The notes under the pieces: generated by a model
What the model saw: only the letters and a program-made list of their open reading frames with translations
Databases searched by the model: none
What the model was told of the DNA's origin: nothing
Assembly: GCA_963745035.1 (NCBI GenBank)
Contig: CAVUVW010000013.1
Span: 1,632,001-1,696,000, forward strand
DNA length: 64,000 bases
Origin: an uncultured delta proteobacterium
Lineage (GTDB): Bacteria > Desulfobacterota > Binatia > UBA9968
Direction of reading: 5' to 3'
Position numbers and translations under genes: made by a program
Shown here: one piece after another, positions 21,629-30,060 of the stretch
Numbering within the stretch: the first letter of the stretch is position 1
Layout: each line of letters begins with the position of its first letter

Positions 21629-22621
21629 ATGAAGCAAGGTCCCATTGCCGTTCTCGCCGCGGTCGCTTGCCTGTTTCTGACAGCGCAAAGCTCGCCCGCG
21701 GCGGACAAATTGAATACTTCGTACATCTCCACGACCCCGGGCTCCTCCTCGGTGCTGTGGGTCGCCAAAGACGCCAAGATCTTCGACAAGCACGGCATCG
21801 ACGCGACGGTGATTTTCATCTCCGGCAGCGTGCGCGGCATTCAATCGATCCTCGCCGGCGAAATCCCGATCGGCGAAGGCGGTGGGCCGGGTCTGGCAAG
21901 CGCGCGGCTCGCCGGCGGCGACGTCGTCGCCGTTGCCGGCAACGTCAATGTGTTGCCTTATTACCTGGTGTCCCAGCCGAGCATAAGAAAACACGAAGAC
22001 TTGCGCGGCAAGGTCGGCGGGACTCATATCGCGGGAACAACCGCCGAATTCGCCTTGAAAGTGGGTCTGAAGAAAATTGGTCTCGATCCCCTGAAGGATG
22101 TCAACCTCCGCGTGATCGGCGGCGCCATCGAGCGCATGGTGGCACTGCAAAAAGGTATCGTTCAGTTTACGGTGGTGACCGAGGCGGGCAAGGCGATGGC
22201 TGAAAAACTCGGCTATCCCACCGTCGTTGATATGGTGACGCTGCAGATCCCTTTTCCGCAAAACGGCATTTATACTTCGACGAAGCTGACGCGAGAGAAT
22301 CCGGACTTCGTCCGCCGTTACCTGCGAGCGTACGTCGAAGCGATTCACTACTACAAGACTCACAAGGAAGAGACGATCAAAATCATGCGCAAATATTCCC
22401 GTCTGGACGAGCGAAAAATTCTCGAAGAAGCCTGGGACTGGCACAGCAAATTCATGCCCGACGCGCCCTATCCTCCTGCGGAAGGGTACCAGCTCGTGCT
22501 CCAGGACATGGCGGAAAAAAACCCCAAGGCCGCGCAAGCCAACGTGAAGGACTACATCGACACGCGGTTTATCAAGGAACTGGAAGACTCCGGGTTTATC
22601 AAGAATTTATCGCGGAAATAG
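21629..22621 (+). CDS. NMT1/SsuA-family ABC substrate-binding protein
   Basis: GGAGG RBS, signal peptide, IFDKHGID, EDLRGKVGG. Confidence 0.85.
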   Translation: MKQGPIAVLAAVACLFLTAQSSPAADKLNTSYISTTPGSSSVLWVAKDAKIFDKHGIDATVIFISGSVRGIQSILAGEIPIGEGGGPGLASARLAGGDVVAVAGNVNVLPYYLVSQPSIRKHEDLRGKVGGTHIAGTTAEFALKVGLKKIGLDPLKDVNLRVIGGAIERMVALQKGIVQFTVVTEAGKAMAEKLGYPTVVDMVTLQIPFPQNGIYTSTKLTRENPDFVRRYLRAYVEAIHYYKTHKEETIKIMRKYSRLDERKILEEAWDWHSKFMPDAPYPPAEGYQLVLQDMAEKNPKAAQANVKDYIDTRFIKELEDSGFIKNLSRK

Positions 22622-22640
22622 CCTCGCCACGACGAATTGG

Positions 22641-22692
22641 GTTCAAATAGTTCAAATCTTCGATCTGAACAATTTGAGCGGCTTGAGCGAGC
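22641..22692. repeat. Short periodic palindromic repeat between convergent genes (possible terminator)
   Basis: GTTCAAATA GTTCAAATC ... TGAACAA TTTGAGCG GCTTGAGCG. Confidence 0.5.
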
Positions 22693-23147
22693 TAGATTTT
22701 ATCCCGTGCCGCTTGCAGCACCTGATGCAGCGGCTCGATGTCGATGACCAAGGACGAGAGCTGCAGTTTTTCCTCGCGCAGTTGATCCGGCACCGCTGCA
22801 ATCACTTCCTCTTCAAGAACGTGATACACGGGAATTTTTAGCGCCACCCCGGCAAGTGGTCCGGCGTAACTCGGATCGCCTTCGGTCACGGTCTCTGCAA
22901 AGACCTCCACCCCGTTGGCTTCACTGTTGCCTAAAACCACCGTCAGATTTTCCGGACCATACTGGTCCGCCAAGCGCCTGATGACTCCCTGGTTTTCGAA
23001 GTTCATCGCGCCTGCGGCGGTTCAGACAAAGCACTCGGTGACTTGAAAAACGACCTCGTAACCTGCGCCTTCGAGGCATTCGGCGATGACCGGACCCGGC
23101 ACTCCGTCACGCTCACCGATGGCGATGATTTTCTTTCCTTTTTCCAT
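22692..23147 (-). CDS. grdA: Glycine/sarcosine/betaine reductase selenoprotein A (Sec at codon 42)
   Basis: GGAGG RBS; ATG 23147 reads [19 protein letters not shown]...TECFV-TGA(23022-23024)-TAAGAM, in frame with ORF 22692-23006 ([22 protein letters not shown]); CxxU motif of GrdA. Confidence 0.93.
22967..23021 (-). promoter_or_regulatory. Putative bacterial SECIS hairpin immediately 3' of the grdA UGA
   Basis: CCGCC/GGCGG and AGGCGC/GCGCUU lower stems; GAUG(A)ACUUC/GGAGUCAUC upper stem; loop GAAAACCAG starts with G, 24 nt after the UGA. Confidence 0.7.
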
Positions 23148-23157
23148 TCGACCTCCG

Positions 23158-24582
23158 CTAAACGTCGTTGCGATCTACCAGGAACGAACAACCGTCGGAC
23201 AATTGCGTCATGCGGCCGAGAAACAGGCTGCCTTTGGCGATCAACAGCGCCTGGCGAATTTTTCCACTGCGCAGGCTTTCCATAGCATGGCCCAGATAGA
23301 CGATGGCCGAGGGAATATGTCCCTGAGTCGGCGCATAGCCTAGCATACCGCGATGGCGCACGAAATCTTCCATCTGGCTTTTCTGGATTTGCCCGCGCAT
23401 CACCGCCAGCGCTGCCAAAGTCAAATAGTTCGTGCGCGGCACGTCGCCGCTGCCCGATGGCACCGTAATCTCGGGATTGTGCAGCTCGACGCCGTAGCGA
23501 TCCACATCCGTCAACTTGAGCCCCAGCTTTGCCAGCGGTTTTTCCGCGAGAGATTCCGCCATCGCCTGCGGCGCCGCTCCGGCCCGGACGGGGTGAAAGG
23601 CGACGGAGTCGAGACGAATCGACGGCTGTCCGGGTTTGGCAGGCGCCAAAATCGCCGCAAAGCTGCCCAGCACGTCTTCAAGAACCGGCATATTCTTTTT
23701 CAAGTGCGATTCGAACTTCATGCCGAGCTTGGCGAGCGAGCCGCCCGCGACCACCGCGACTTTCCTGGCAATGCCCGCCTGAATCAGACTCGCGCCGTGC
23801 ACCATCGCGTACATCGGCCCGGCGCAGAACGCTTTGGTATCCGAACCGGAAGCATTCTCGCAGCCGACGTCTTCGGCAATCGCCTTCGCGAGATTGCCGC
23901 CGCCGCGATTGTAGCGGTCGCCGACCGCTTCCTCGGAGCAGCTGATGACGTAATCGATTTCGCTTCGATCGATCTTGAGCGCGTTGAGTGCGGAGCGCAG
24001 GGAATGAGCTGCGGTAACCTTCGCCGCGATATTTTCCAACAGAATTTCAGCGACGAGATTGGCGTCTTCCTCGTGGCCCTGCTCGAAGGCGCCGATCAAG
24101 CGGTCGCCGGAATAAAGCCCCAGTGCGCCCTTCGCGCAGCGCATCTCGATATCCGCCAGCGAATTCACGCGGGGAGCGCGGCCGATCGCATGCCGTGCCG
24201 CGCATTCGCCAAACCAGCGCTCGTCGAAGGTCACGAGCTCGAACCGGTCCGCGCCGCCGAGTTGTGCGTAAAATCGGTTTTGCTCGACGAGATCACCGAA
24301 ACGTCCCTCGACCGTGGCGCCTTCGATGAGCTTGTCATACCAGGGCTTGGCCAGATCGGTCAATTTTTCCGGCGCCAGATTGCCGATGTAAACCTGATGC
24401 GGCGCATAGGCGACAGCGGCGTTGAAGTCGCGCAGGCGCCCGGCCAATTGCCCGCCGAGGGCGGGACGAGCGCGGATCTCACGCAGCGGCTTAGAGCCGT
24501 AGCGCACCAGGTCCGGCACATGCGCCAACGAATATGAGACACCCTCGATTCCAACACGCACAGGTTTCATTGAATCCCGCAT
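23158..24582 (-). CDS. grdC: Glycine/sarcosine/betaine reductase complex component C, beta subunit (FabH-like fold)
   Basis: [78 protein letters not shown]; start could be 24570. Confidence 0.92.
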   Translation of the reverse strand: MRDSMKPVRVGIEGVSYSLAHVPDLVRYGSKPLREIRARPALGGQLAGRLRDFNAAVAYAPHQVYIGNLAPEKLTDLAKPWYDKLIEGATVEGRFGDLVEQNRFYAQLGGADRFELVTFDERWFGECAARHAIGRAPRVNSLADIEMRCAKGALGLYSGDRLIGAFEQGHEEDANLVAEILLENIAAKVTAAHSLRSALNALKIDRSEIDYVISCSEEAVGDRYNRGGGNLAKAIAEDVGCENASGSDTKAFCAGPMYAMVHGASLIQAGIARKVAVVAGGSLAKLGMKFESHLKKNMPVLEDVLGSFAAILAPAKPGQPSIRLDSVAFHPVRAGAAPQAMAESLAEKPLAKLGLKLTDVDRYGVELHNPEITVPSGSGDVPRTNYLTLAALAVMRGQIQKSQMEDFVRHRGMLGYAPTQGHIPSAIVYLGHAMESLRSGKIRQALLIAKGSLFLGRMTQLSDGCSFLVDRNDV

Positions 24583-24928
24583 CTGCTGCCAATTCTCCGT
24601 TTCAGTTTCGTCCCGTGTTCAATTCAACATCGGAAGCTAAATCACGATACCGTTCCATTCATTAACTACTCGGCAAAGGCATGATATTTCAAGAACACAC
24701 CGGCATCGCTCGCGATACAATTGCTCGGCGTGGCTGATGGAGCAGCACCCTGTGTTGTGTTCGTCGCACAACTCTGGAGATAACACCCCATGTCTATTTT
24801 CCCAATCCAAAAATAATCGGTACCTTCCCTAATCACCTCTCGATGGCCTTTCGGCGGCTGAATTTGAAAGTCGTTTTTTCTCTCTTCTGAATTTGCACGG
24901 TTTTCTCCGTCATTCTCTACAGGCGAAT

Positions 24929-24958
24929 TTGACACTTTTACCCCCGTTCGGTTACAAT
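24929..24958 (+). promoter_or_regulatory. Putative sigma70 promoter for the three-gene cassette
   Basis: TTGACA (24929-24934), 18 nt spacer, TACAAT (24953-24958). Confidence 0.65.
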
Positions 24959-25062
24959 TTTTCTTCCCGTGTACACAGCCTAGTCGATGAAAGCAAACTA
25001 GCGAATACGATGACCCGACACTGTTAACAGAATCTTTTTGTGGAGGCGGAGGCAAGAATTCC

Positions 25063-25257
25063 ATGATGGTGCTCCTGTTCACATTTCTTTTTCTAAGCCT
25101 TTTCGAAGCCCGAGCTTATGCCTACCTCGATCCCGGGAGCGGCAGCTACTTGTTCCAGATCATGGTGGCAAGTCTGGTCGGGGCGGCATTTGCGATCAAG
25201 ACCTACTGGATCAAGATCAAAAATTTCGTGAAAGATCTTTTTCAAAAACACCCCTGA
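25063..25257 (+). CDS. Small membrane protein with YLDPGSGS motif
   Basis: GGAGG upstream; hydrophobic leader ending ARAYA, YLDPGSGS, one TM helix, Lys-rich tail; stop overlaps the next start (TGATG). Confidence 0.8.
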   Translation: MMVLLFTFLFLSLFEARAYAYLDPGSGSYLFQIMVASLVGAAFAIKTYWIKIKNFVKDLFQKHP

Positions 25258-26654
25258 TGAGCCCGCCGGAATGCGTTGCTGAAGCGAGTTCCTTTCGTGA
25301 TCCGCATGGCTTTGTTTTTTATCGTGACGGAACCGTCTATCGCCAAATCAACAAACCGCACGAGGCCGCCTTTACTCAACTGATTCAATCGGGACTATAC
25401 GAGTCCTTGGTTGATTCAAAGTTGCTGGTGTCGCACAAAGAAGTCGACGCGGCTCCGGCTCGTGGGGAGGGTTTTTTCAAGATCATCCAACCCGAACGGA
25501 TTCCATTCTTATCGTACCCCTATGAATGGTGTTTCAGCCAGCTTAAGGACGCCGCGCTCGTCACCCTGAATATCCAAAAAAGAGCCCTCGATCTCGGCAT
25601 GTCGCTGCGCGACTGCAGCGCCTATAATATTCAATTCATCCACGGTCGGCCCATTTTGATCGACACTCTGTCATTCGGGATTTACAACGTAGGAGAGCCT
25701 TGGGCCGCATACAAGCAGTTTTGTCAGCATTTTCTTGCTCCTCTAATGCTGATGAGCCACCGGGACATTCGGCTAAATCAGTTGTGCGTGACCGAACTCG
25801 ACGGTATTCCCCTGAAACTGGCGAGAACGTTGCTTTCACATCGTGCTTATGCGAGCTGGCCGGCGTTTTTACACATCTGCCTTCACGCGCATTACGAGAA
25901 TTTTTATAGCCAACGACTCGTGCGAAGGGACTCCGGCGGCAAGCGCTTCAGCAGTCATTCCTTTAGAGGTTTGGTCGACAGCCTCGAAAGCGCCGTCATG
26001 AATCTCACGGTCAAGCAACCTAAGTCGGGATGGCTGACGTATTCCACCGAAGGGCACAACTATAGCGATGATTCGCTCAATCATAAGATGGAAGTCGTAA
26101 ATTCCTATCTGAGAAAGTGCAATCCGCGGGAGGTGTGGGATTTAGGCTCCAACACCGGCGTGTTTAGCCGGATCGCAAGCGAACACCACACCCGGGTGAT
26201 CGCATTCGATCAAGATCCGTACTGTGTCGAAGCCCACTACCTGCAATCCAGGAAAGATGATTTGGACATCCTCCCATTGGTGGCGAATCTTTCCAATCCA
26301 AGTCCCGCCATCGGTTGGGAAAATCAAGAGAGACGCTCGCTTTTAGAGCGCGCCAGCGCAGATACCGTTTTAGCTCTCGCATTGATTCACCACCTGACAA
26401 TCACCAACAATGTACCCCTGGAGAACCTGGCGAAGTTTTTCGCGAAGATTTGTCGTTGGCTGATCATTGAGTTCGTCCCCAAAGAGGATGCCAAGGTTCA
26501 GTTTCTCTTGGCCCATAGAGACGACATCTTCCCGGACTATACCCTGGGTGGCTTTGAGCGAGCATTTTGCCCACGCTTTTCGATCGAGAGCCGCACGGAA
26601 ATTCGCTCATCAAAGAGAATTTTGTTTCTCATGCGGCGACTGCACGAAGCATGA
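25257..26654 (+). CDS. NoeA-like protein: N-terminal kinase-like domain + C-terminal class I SAM methyltransferase
   Basis: SFRDP..FV, ISYPYEW-like PFLSYPYEW, LRDCSAYNIQF, ILIDTLSF; VWDLGSNTGVFS, IAFDQD, LALALIHHL; ATG 25257 coupled to the upstream TGA. Confidence 0.85.
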   Translation: MSPPECVAEASSFRDPHGFVFYRDGTVYRQINKPHEAAFTQLIQSGLYESLVDSKLLVSHKEVDAAPARGEGFFKIIQPERIPFLSYPYEWCFSQLKDAALVTLNIQKRALDLGMSLRDCSAYNIQFIHGRPILIDTLSFGIYNVGEPWAAYKQFCQHFLAPLMLMSHRDIRLNQLCVTELDGIPLKLARTLLSHRAYASWPAFLHICLHAHYENFYSQRLVRRDSGGKRFSSHSFRGLVDSLESAVMNLTVKQPKSGWLTYSTEGHNYSDDSLNHKMEVVNSYLRKCNPREVWDLGSNTGVFSRIASEHHTRVIAFDQDPYCVEAHYLQSRKDDLDILPLVANLSNPSPAIGWENQERRSLLERASADTVLALALIHHLTITNNVPLENLAKFFAKICRWLIIEFVPKEDAKVQFLLAHRDDIFPDYTLGGFERAFCPRFSIESRTEIRSSKRILFLMRRLHEA

Positions 26655-28207
26655 AGCGTTCGCTGGTTTTCCACCCGTTTCTCATCGCGCTATTTCCGGT
26701 AATCAGCATTCTCGCCGAAAACACCGGGGAATTGGAGTATGCTCCGTTGATACCGGCAGCAGTCGCATGCCTGGCAATGGTGTTGGTCGTTCTGTGTATT
26801 TGTCAGATCTTACTAAGAGACATGCTCAGAACCGGCCTCGTTGTTTCCGGTTTCCTTATCTTCTTTTTTTCCCCTTTCCATGTTTTTACAGGCTTGGCCA
26901 ATTGGCTTGCCGATTATTCAGGCGAGGAATGGCATTTATCCATCGGTCCGTTTTTGATGGTATGGATCCTGGCGGTCTCCGGGTACATTTATTTTTTTGC
27001 CAAAAAAGCGACGGGCCTGAAGCAACTCAACACGATTTTTAATGTGGTTTCTCTCTGCCTGATAAGCGGCCCGGTATTGACCATCGCCGTTGTGAAGTTC
27101 TCCGAAAAGATCGACTGGTCAAGCATTCATCAGCAGCAACAGACGGAGCCGCTCGTTGCGGCGGTAGCGCCGAAAAGTCAATTGCCGGATATTTATTACA
27201 TCATCATGGATCGTTATGCCGGTTCGGAGACGTTGAAGACGACTTACGGCTTCGATAACAAAGAATTTTTGACTTACCTTCGCGCGAAGGGATTTTACGT
27301 TGCCGCTGACAGCGCCGCGAATTATCCGTCCACGACACAATCTTTGGCGTCTTCGTTAAACTTTCAATACCTCAACTACGTAGGAAAATTCGTCGATCCG
27401 GAATCGAACAGTTGGATACCCCTTCAGATGCTGTTGCAAGATCACAAGGTCGGACAATTTCTCAAGAACATGGGATACCGGTACATTCATCTGGGTTCTT
27501 GGTGGGAACCGACCAGGAAAAACAAGTTGGCCGACGAGACCGTTTACTTTGTTCCTTTTCCGGAATCATTTTACACGTTATACGGCACAACAATGTTGTA
27601 TCCAATTTCATCCGCACTTCGCATGCTGGACCTTCGCTATGAGCACTGGCGAGGACATCGCCGCCAGTTCGAGAATCTCCTGAAAACGGTCGAAGTCAAA
27701 GGACCTAAGTTCGTGTTCGCACATTTCCTCTTGCCGCACAGCCCCTACGTATTCGCCCGCAATGGCGATTATGTACCTTTCGATCACGCAAGCAAACAAG
27801 GGTTGGAAGCCGCCTATATCGACCAGCTAATCTCCACGAACCGTCTACTACAAGGGACCCTCGACAGTTTGCTTTCACAAAGCAAACAACCACCGATAAT
27901 CATCCTGCAGGCGGACGAAGGGCCGTGGCCCCACCGATATGAACTCGACCAGAACAAATTCGATTGGCGCTTGGCGACCAATGCAGAAATCAAGCAAAAA
28001 ATGAGAATTCTAAACAGCTATTACTTACCCGGCACAGACTCCCGGGCGCTCTATCCGACCATTTCGCCGGTGAATACGTTTCGGGTCATATTCAATCTCT
28101 ATTTTAAGACCAATCTACCGCTTCTACCGGATGAAAGCTTCATCTATCAAGAGCAGCGGCATCCTCACAATCTATCGGATATCTCGTCGCGCTTGCGCCG
28201 GAACTGA
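26651..28207 (+). CDS. Membrane protein with extracytoplasmic alkaline-phosphatase/sulfatase-superfamily (LtaS-like) domain
   Basis: About 5 N-terminal TM helices; PDIYYIIMDRY, NYPSTTQSL, FAHFLLPHSPY, IIILQADEG; ATGA overlap with the upstream gene. Confidence 0.85.
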   Translation: MKRSLVFHPFLIALFPVISILAENTGELEYAPLIPAAVACLAMVLVVLCICQILLRDMLRTGLVVSGFLIFFFSPFHVFTGLANWLADYSGEEWHLSIGPFLMVWILAVSGYIYFFAKKATGLKQLNTIFNVVSLCLISGPVLTIAVVKFSEKIDWSSIHQQQQTEPLVAAVAPKSQLPDIYYIIMDRYAGSETLKTTYGFDNKEFLTYLRAKGFYVAADSAANYPSTTQSLASSLNFQYLNYVGKFVDPESNSWIPLQMLLQDHKVGQFLKNMGYRYIHLGSWWEPTRKNKLADETVYFVPFPESFYTLYGTTMLYPISSALRMLDLRYEHWRGHRRQFENLLKTVEVKGPKFVFAHFLLPHSPYVFARNGDYVPFDHASKQGLEAAYIDQLISTNRLLQGTLDSLLSQSKQPPIIILQADEGPWPHRYELDQNKFDWRLATNAEIKQKMRILNSYYLPGTDSRALYPTISPVNTFRVIFNLYFKTNLPLLPDESFIYQEQRHPHNLSDISSRLRRN

Positions 28208-28309
28208 GTTTGAGCATCTGCCTGCAATGCTCCCGTCCCGCCGAGACGTCCTGTGTTCCGATCCAAAATCGAAAATCTGAAAAGATCTTCCCGTTTTTTC
28301 CGTTTCTTG

Positions 28310-28861
28310 CTAATCCGTGAAAACGTGGTGTCTCAAGAACACCTCGGCATCCCCGCGGGCGAAGAATACCAAGCGAATTTCGTGGATGGCGCTTTCCGCG
28401 CCCAAGAATTCCTCGATCGCGCGCGCGGCTACGTTCGCCGCTTCGTCCTGCGGATAACCGTAAACTCCGGTGGATATCGCCGGAAAAGCGATCGTCGTAA
28501 GACCATTGCTCGCCGCCAACGCTAGCGAGTTGCGGTAGCACGCCGCTAGCAGCTCGGCTTGGTCGCGCCCGCCCCGGCGGTACACCGGCCCGACCGTGTG
28601 GATGACGTGTTTGGCCGGCAGGTTGCCGGCCGTGGTGATCACCGCCTGACCCGTCGGCAAGCCGTCCGGATACCGTTCCCGGCGAATCTGCCGGCACTCC
28701 TCTAAAATTGCCTTTCCGCCGGCTCGATGAATCGCGCCATCGACGCCGCCGCCGCCGAGCAACGTGCTATTGGCGGCATTGACGATCGCGTCAGTGTCTT
28801 CCTTGGTAATATCGCCGACTTTAATGCGCACGCGGCCGGCCAGAAAGCTTGCTAACTCCAT
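28310..28861 (-). CDS. ymdB: Macro domain O-acetyl-ADP-ribose deacetylase (YmdB-like)
   Basis: GDIT, AIVNAANSTLLGGGGVDGAIHRAGG, VIHTVGP, FPAISTGVYGYP. Confidence 0.93.
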   Translation of the reverse strand: MELASFLAGRVRIKVGDITKEDTDAIVNAANSTLLGGGGVDGAIHRAGGKAILEECRQIRRERYPDGLPTGQAVITTAGNLPAKHVIHTVGPVYRRGGRDQAELLAACYRNSLALAASNGLTTIAFPAISTGVYGYPQDEAANVAARAIEEFLGAESAIHEIRLVFFARGDAEVFLRHHVFTD

Positions 28862-29044
28862 GGAGCACCCGATCGGAAGTTTTGATGGTCGTTCGCGAGT
28901 TTCCCGCGACATCTCTGATCGTCACCTTAGCGAAATTGAGGACGGATGGGAATCGCGGCGGAGCGCGCCGCCGCCCTTGACTCGCGCGCGAGGATCAAGT
29001 GAAAGTACGATACCGTCCGTTTTTTCAAACGCGCGGGTCAAACG

Positions 29045-30010
29045 ATGATCATAAACTGCGTCGCATATCAGAACGGCCGAAAGCTCGCCGACATTCCCGC
29101 AAGTGAGATCAGCTCTTATATCGCCCGGCCAGACTGTTTCGTCTGGGTCGCGCTGAAAGATCCTGAGCCCGCAGAGCTTCAGGCGATGCAGCACGAATTC
29201 GGCCTGCATGAGCTGGCGGTGGAAGACGCGCAGCACGGCCACCAGCGGCCCAAGATCGAGGAATACGATCATGCGCTATTTGCCGTGCTTCACCTGATCG
29301 AGCACAACGATGGCGAACTCAATGTTGGTGAAGTCGCGATATTCGCCGGCGCCAACTATGTGCTTTCCGTGCGCTCGCGCGCCGAGCGCGGATTTGTCGA
29401 CGTGCGCGCGCGCTGCGAGCAGGAGCCCGAGCTGCTGCGGCATGGCGCGGGGTACGTGCTGTACGCGTTGATGGATGCCGTGGTCGATCGCTATTTTCCG
29501 GTTCTTGACGCCATCGAGTCCGCCATCGAAGACATCGAAGAACATATTTTCGCCGAACAGCCCGACCGCGAGCAAATCGAAGCTCTGTACTCCGCAAAGC
29601 GCCGGCTCATGATTCTCAAACACGCCACCGAACCCTTGCTCGAGGCTAGCGCCAAGCTCTACGGCGGGCGCGTCCCACAGCTTTGCGTCGCGTTGCAAGA
29701 TTATTTTCGCGATGTTTACGATCACTTGCTGCGACTCAACCAGGCGATCGACAGCCTGCGCGACATGGTGACCACCGGGATCTCGGTGACGATTTCGCTG
29801 ATCTCGATTCAGGAAAATGCCGTGACCAAGCGCTTGGCGTCCTACGGCGCGCTCGTCGCGGTGCCGACCTTGATCGCCGGCGTCTACGGCATGAACTTTC
29901 AGAATATGCCGGAATTGAGCTGGCTTTGGGGCTACCCCTTCGCCCTGTTCTTGATGGTGGGAATCGACTCTTATCTTTTCTATCGCTTTCGCAAAGCGAA
30001 ATGGCTCTAG
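29045..30010 (+). CDS. corA: Magnesium/cobalt transporter CorA
   Basis: HQRPKIEEY, PTLIAGVYGMNF..MPEL, two C-terminal TM helices. Confidence 0.95.
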   Translation: MIINCVAYQNGRKLADIPASEISSYIARPDCFVWVALKDPEPAELQAMQHEFGLHELAVEDAQHGHQRPKIEEYDHALFAVLHLIEHNDGELNVGEVAIFAGANYVLSVRSRAERGFVDVRARCEQEPELLRHGAGYVLYALMDAVVDRYFPVLDAIESAIEDIEEHIFAEQPDREQIEALYSAKRRLMILKHATEPLLEASAKLYGGRVPQLCVALQDYFRDVYDHLLRLNQAIDSLRDMVTTGISVTISLISIQENAVTKRLASYGALVAVPTLIAGVYGMNFQNMPELSWLWGYPFALFLMVGIDSYLFYRFRKAKWL

Positions 30011-30060
30011 CTCAGTTCCGGCGCCCGGCCCGTGCCGCATCGCACGAAGATTCCCGGCGC

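Noticed and set aside
23003-23191. 62-aa ORF upstream of the grdA fragment
   Set aside because: Wrong frame; the real N-terminus starts at 23147 and reads through the UGA
24666-25082. 138-aa minus-strand ORF in the AT-rich leader
   Set aside because: No family features and it overlaps the predicted promoter; probably spurious
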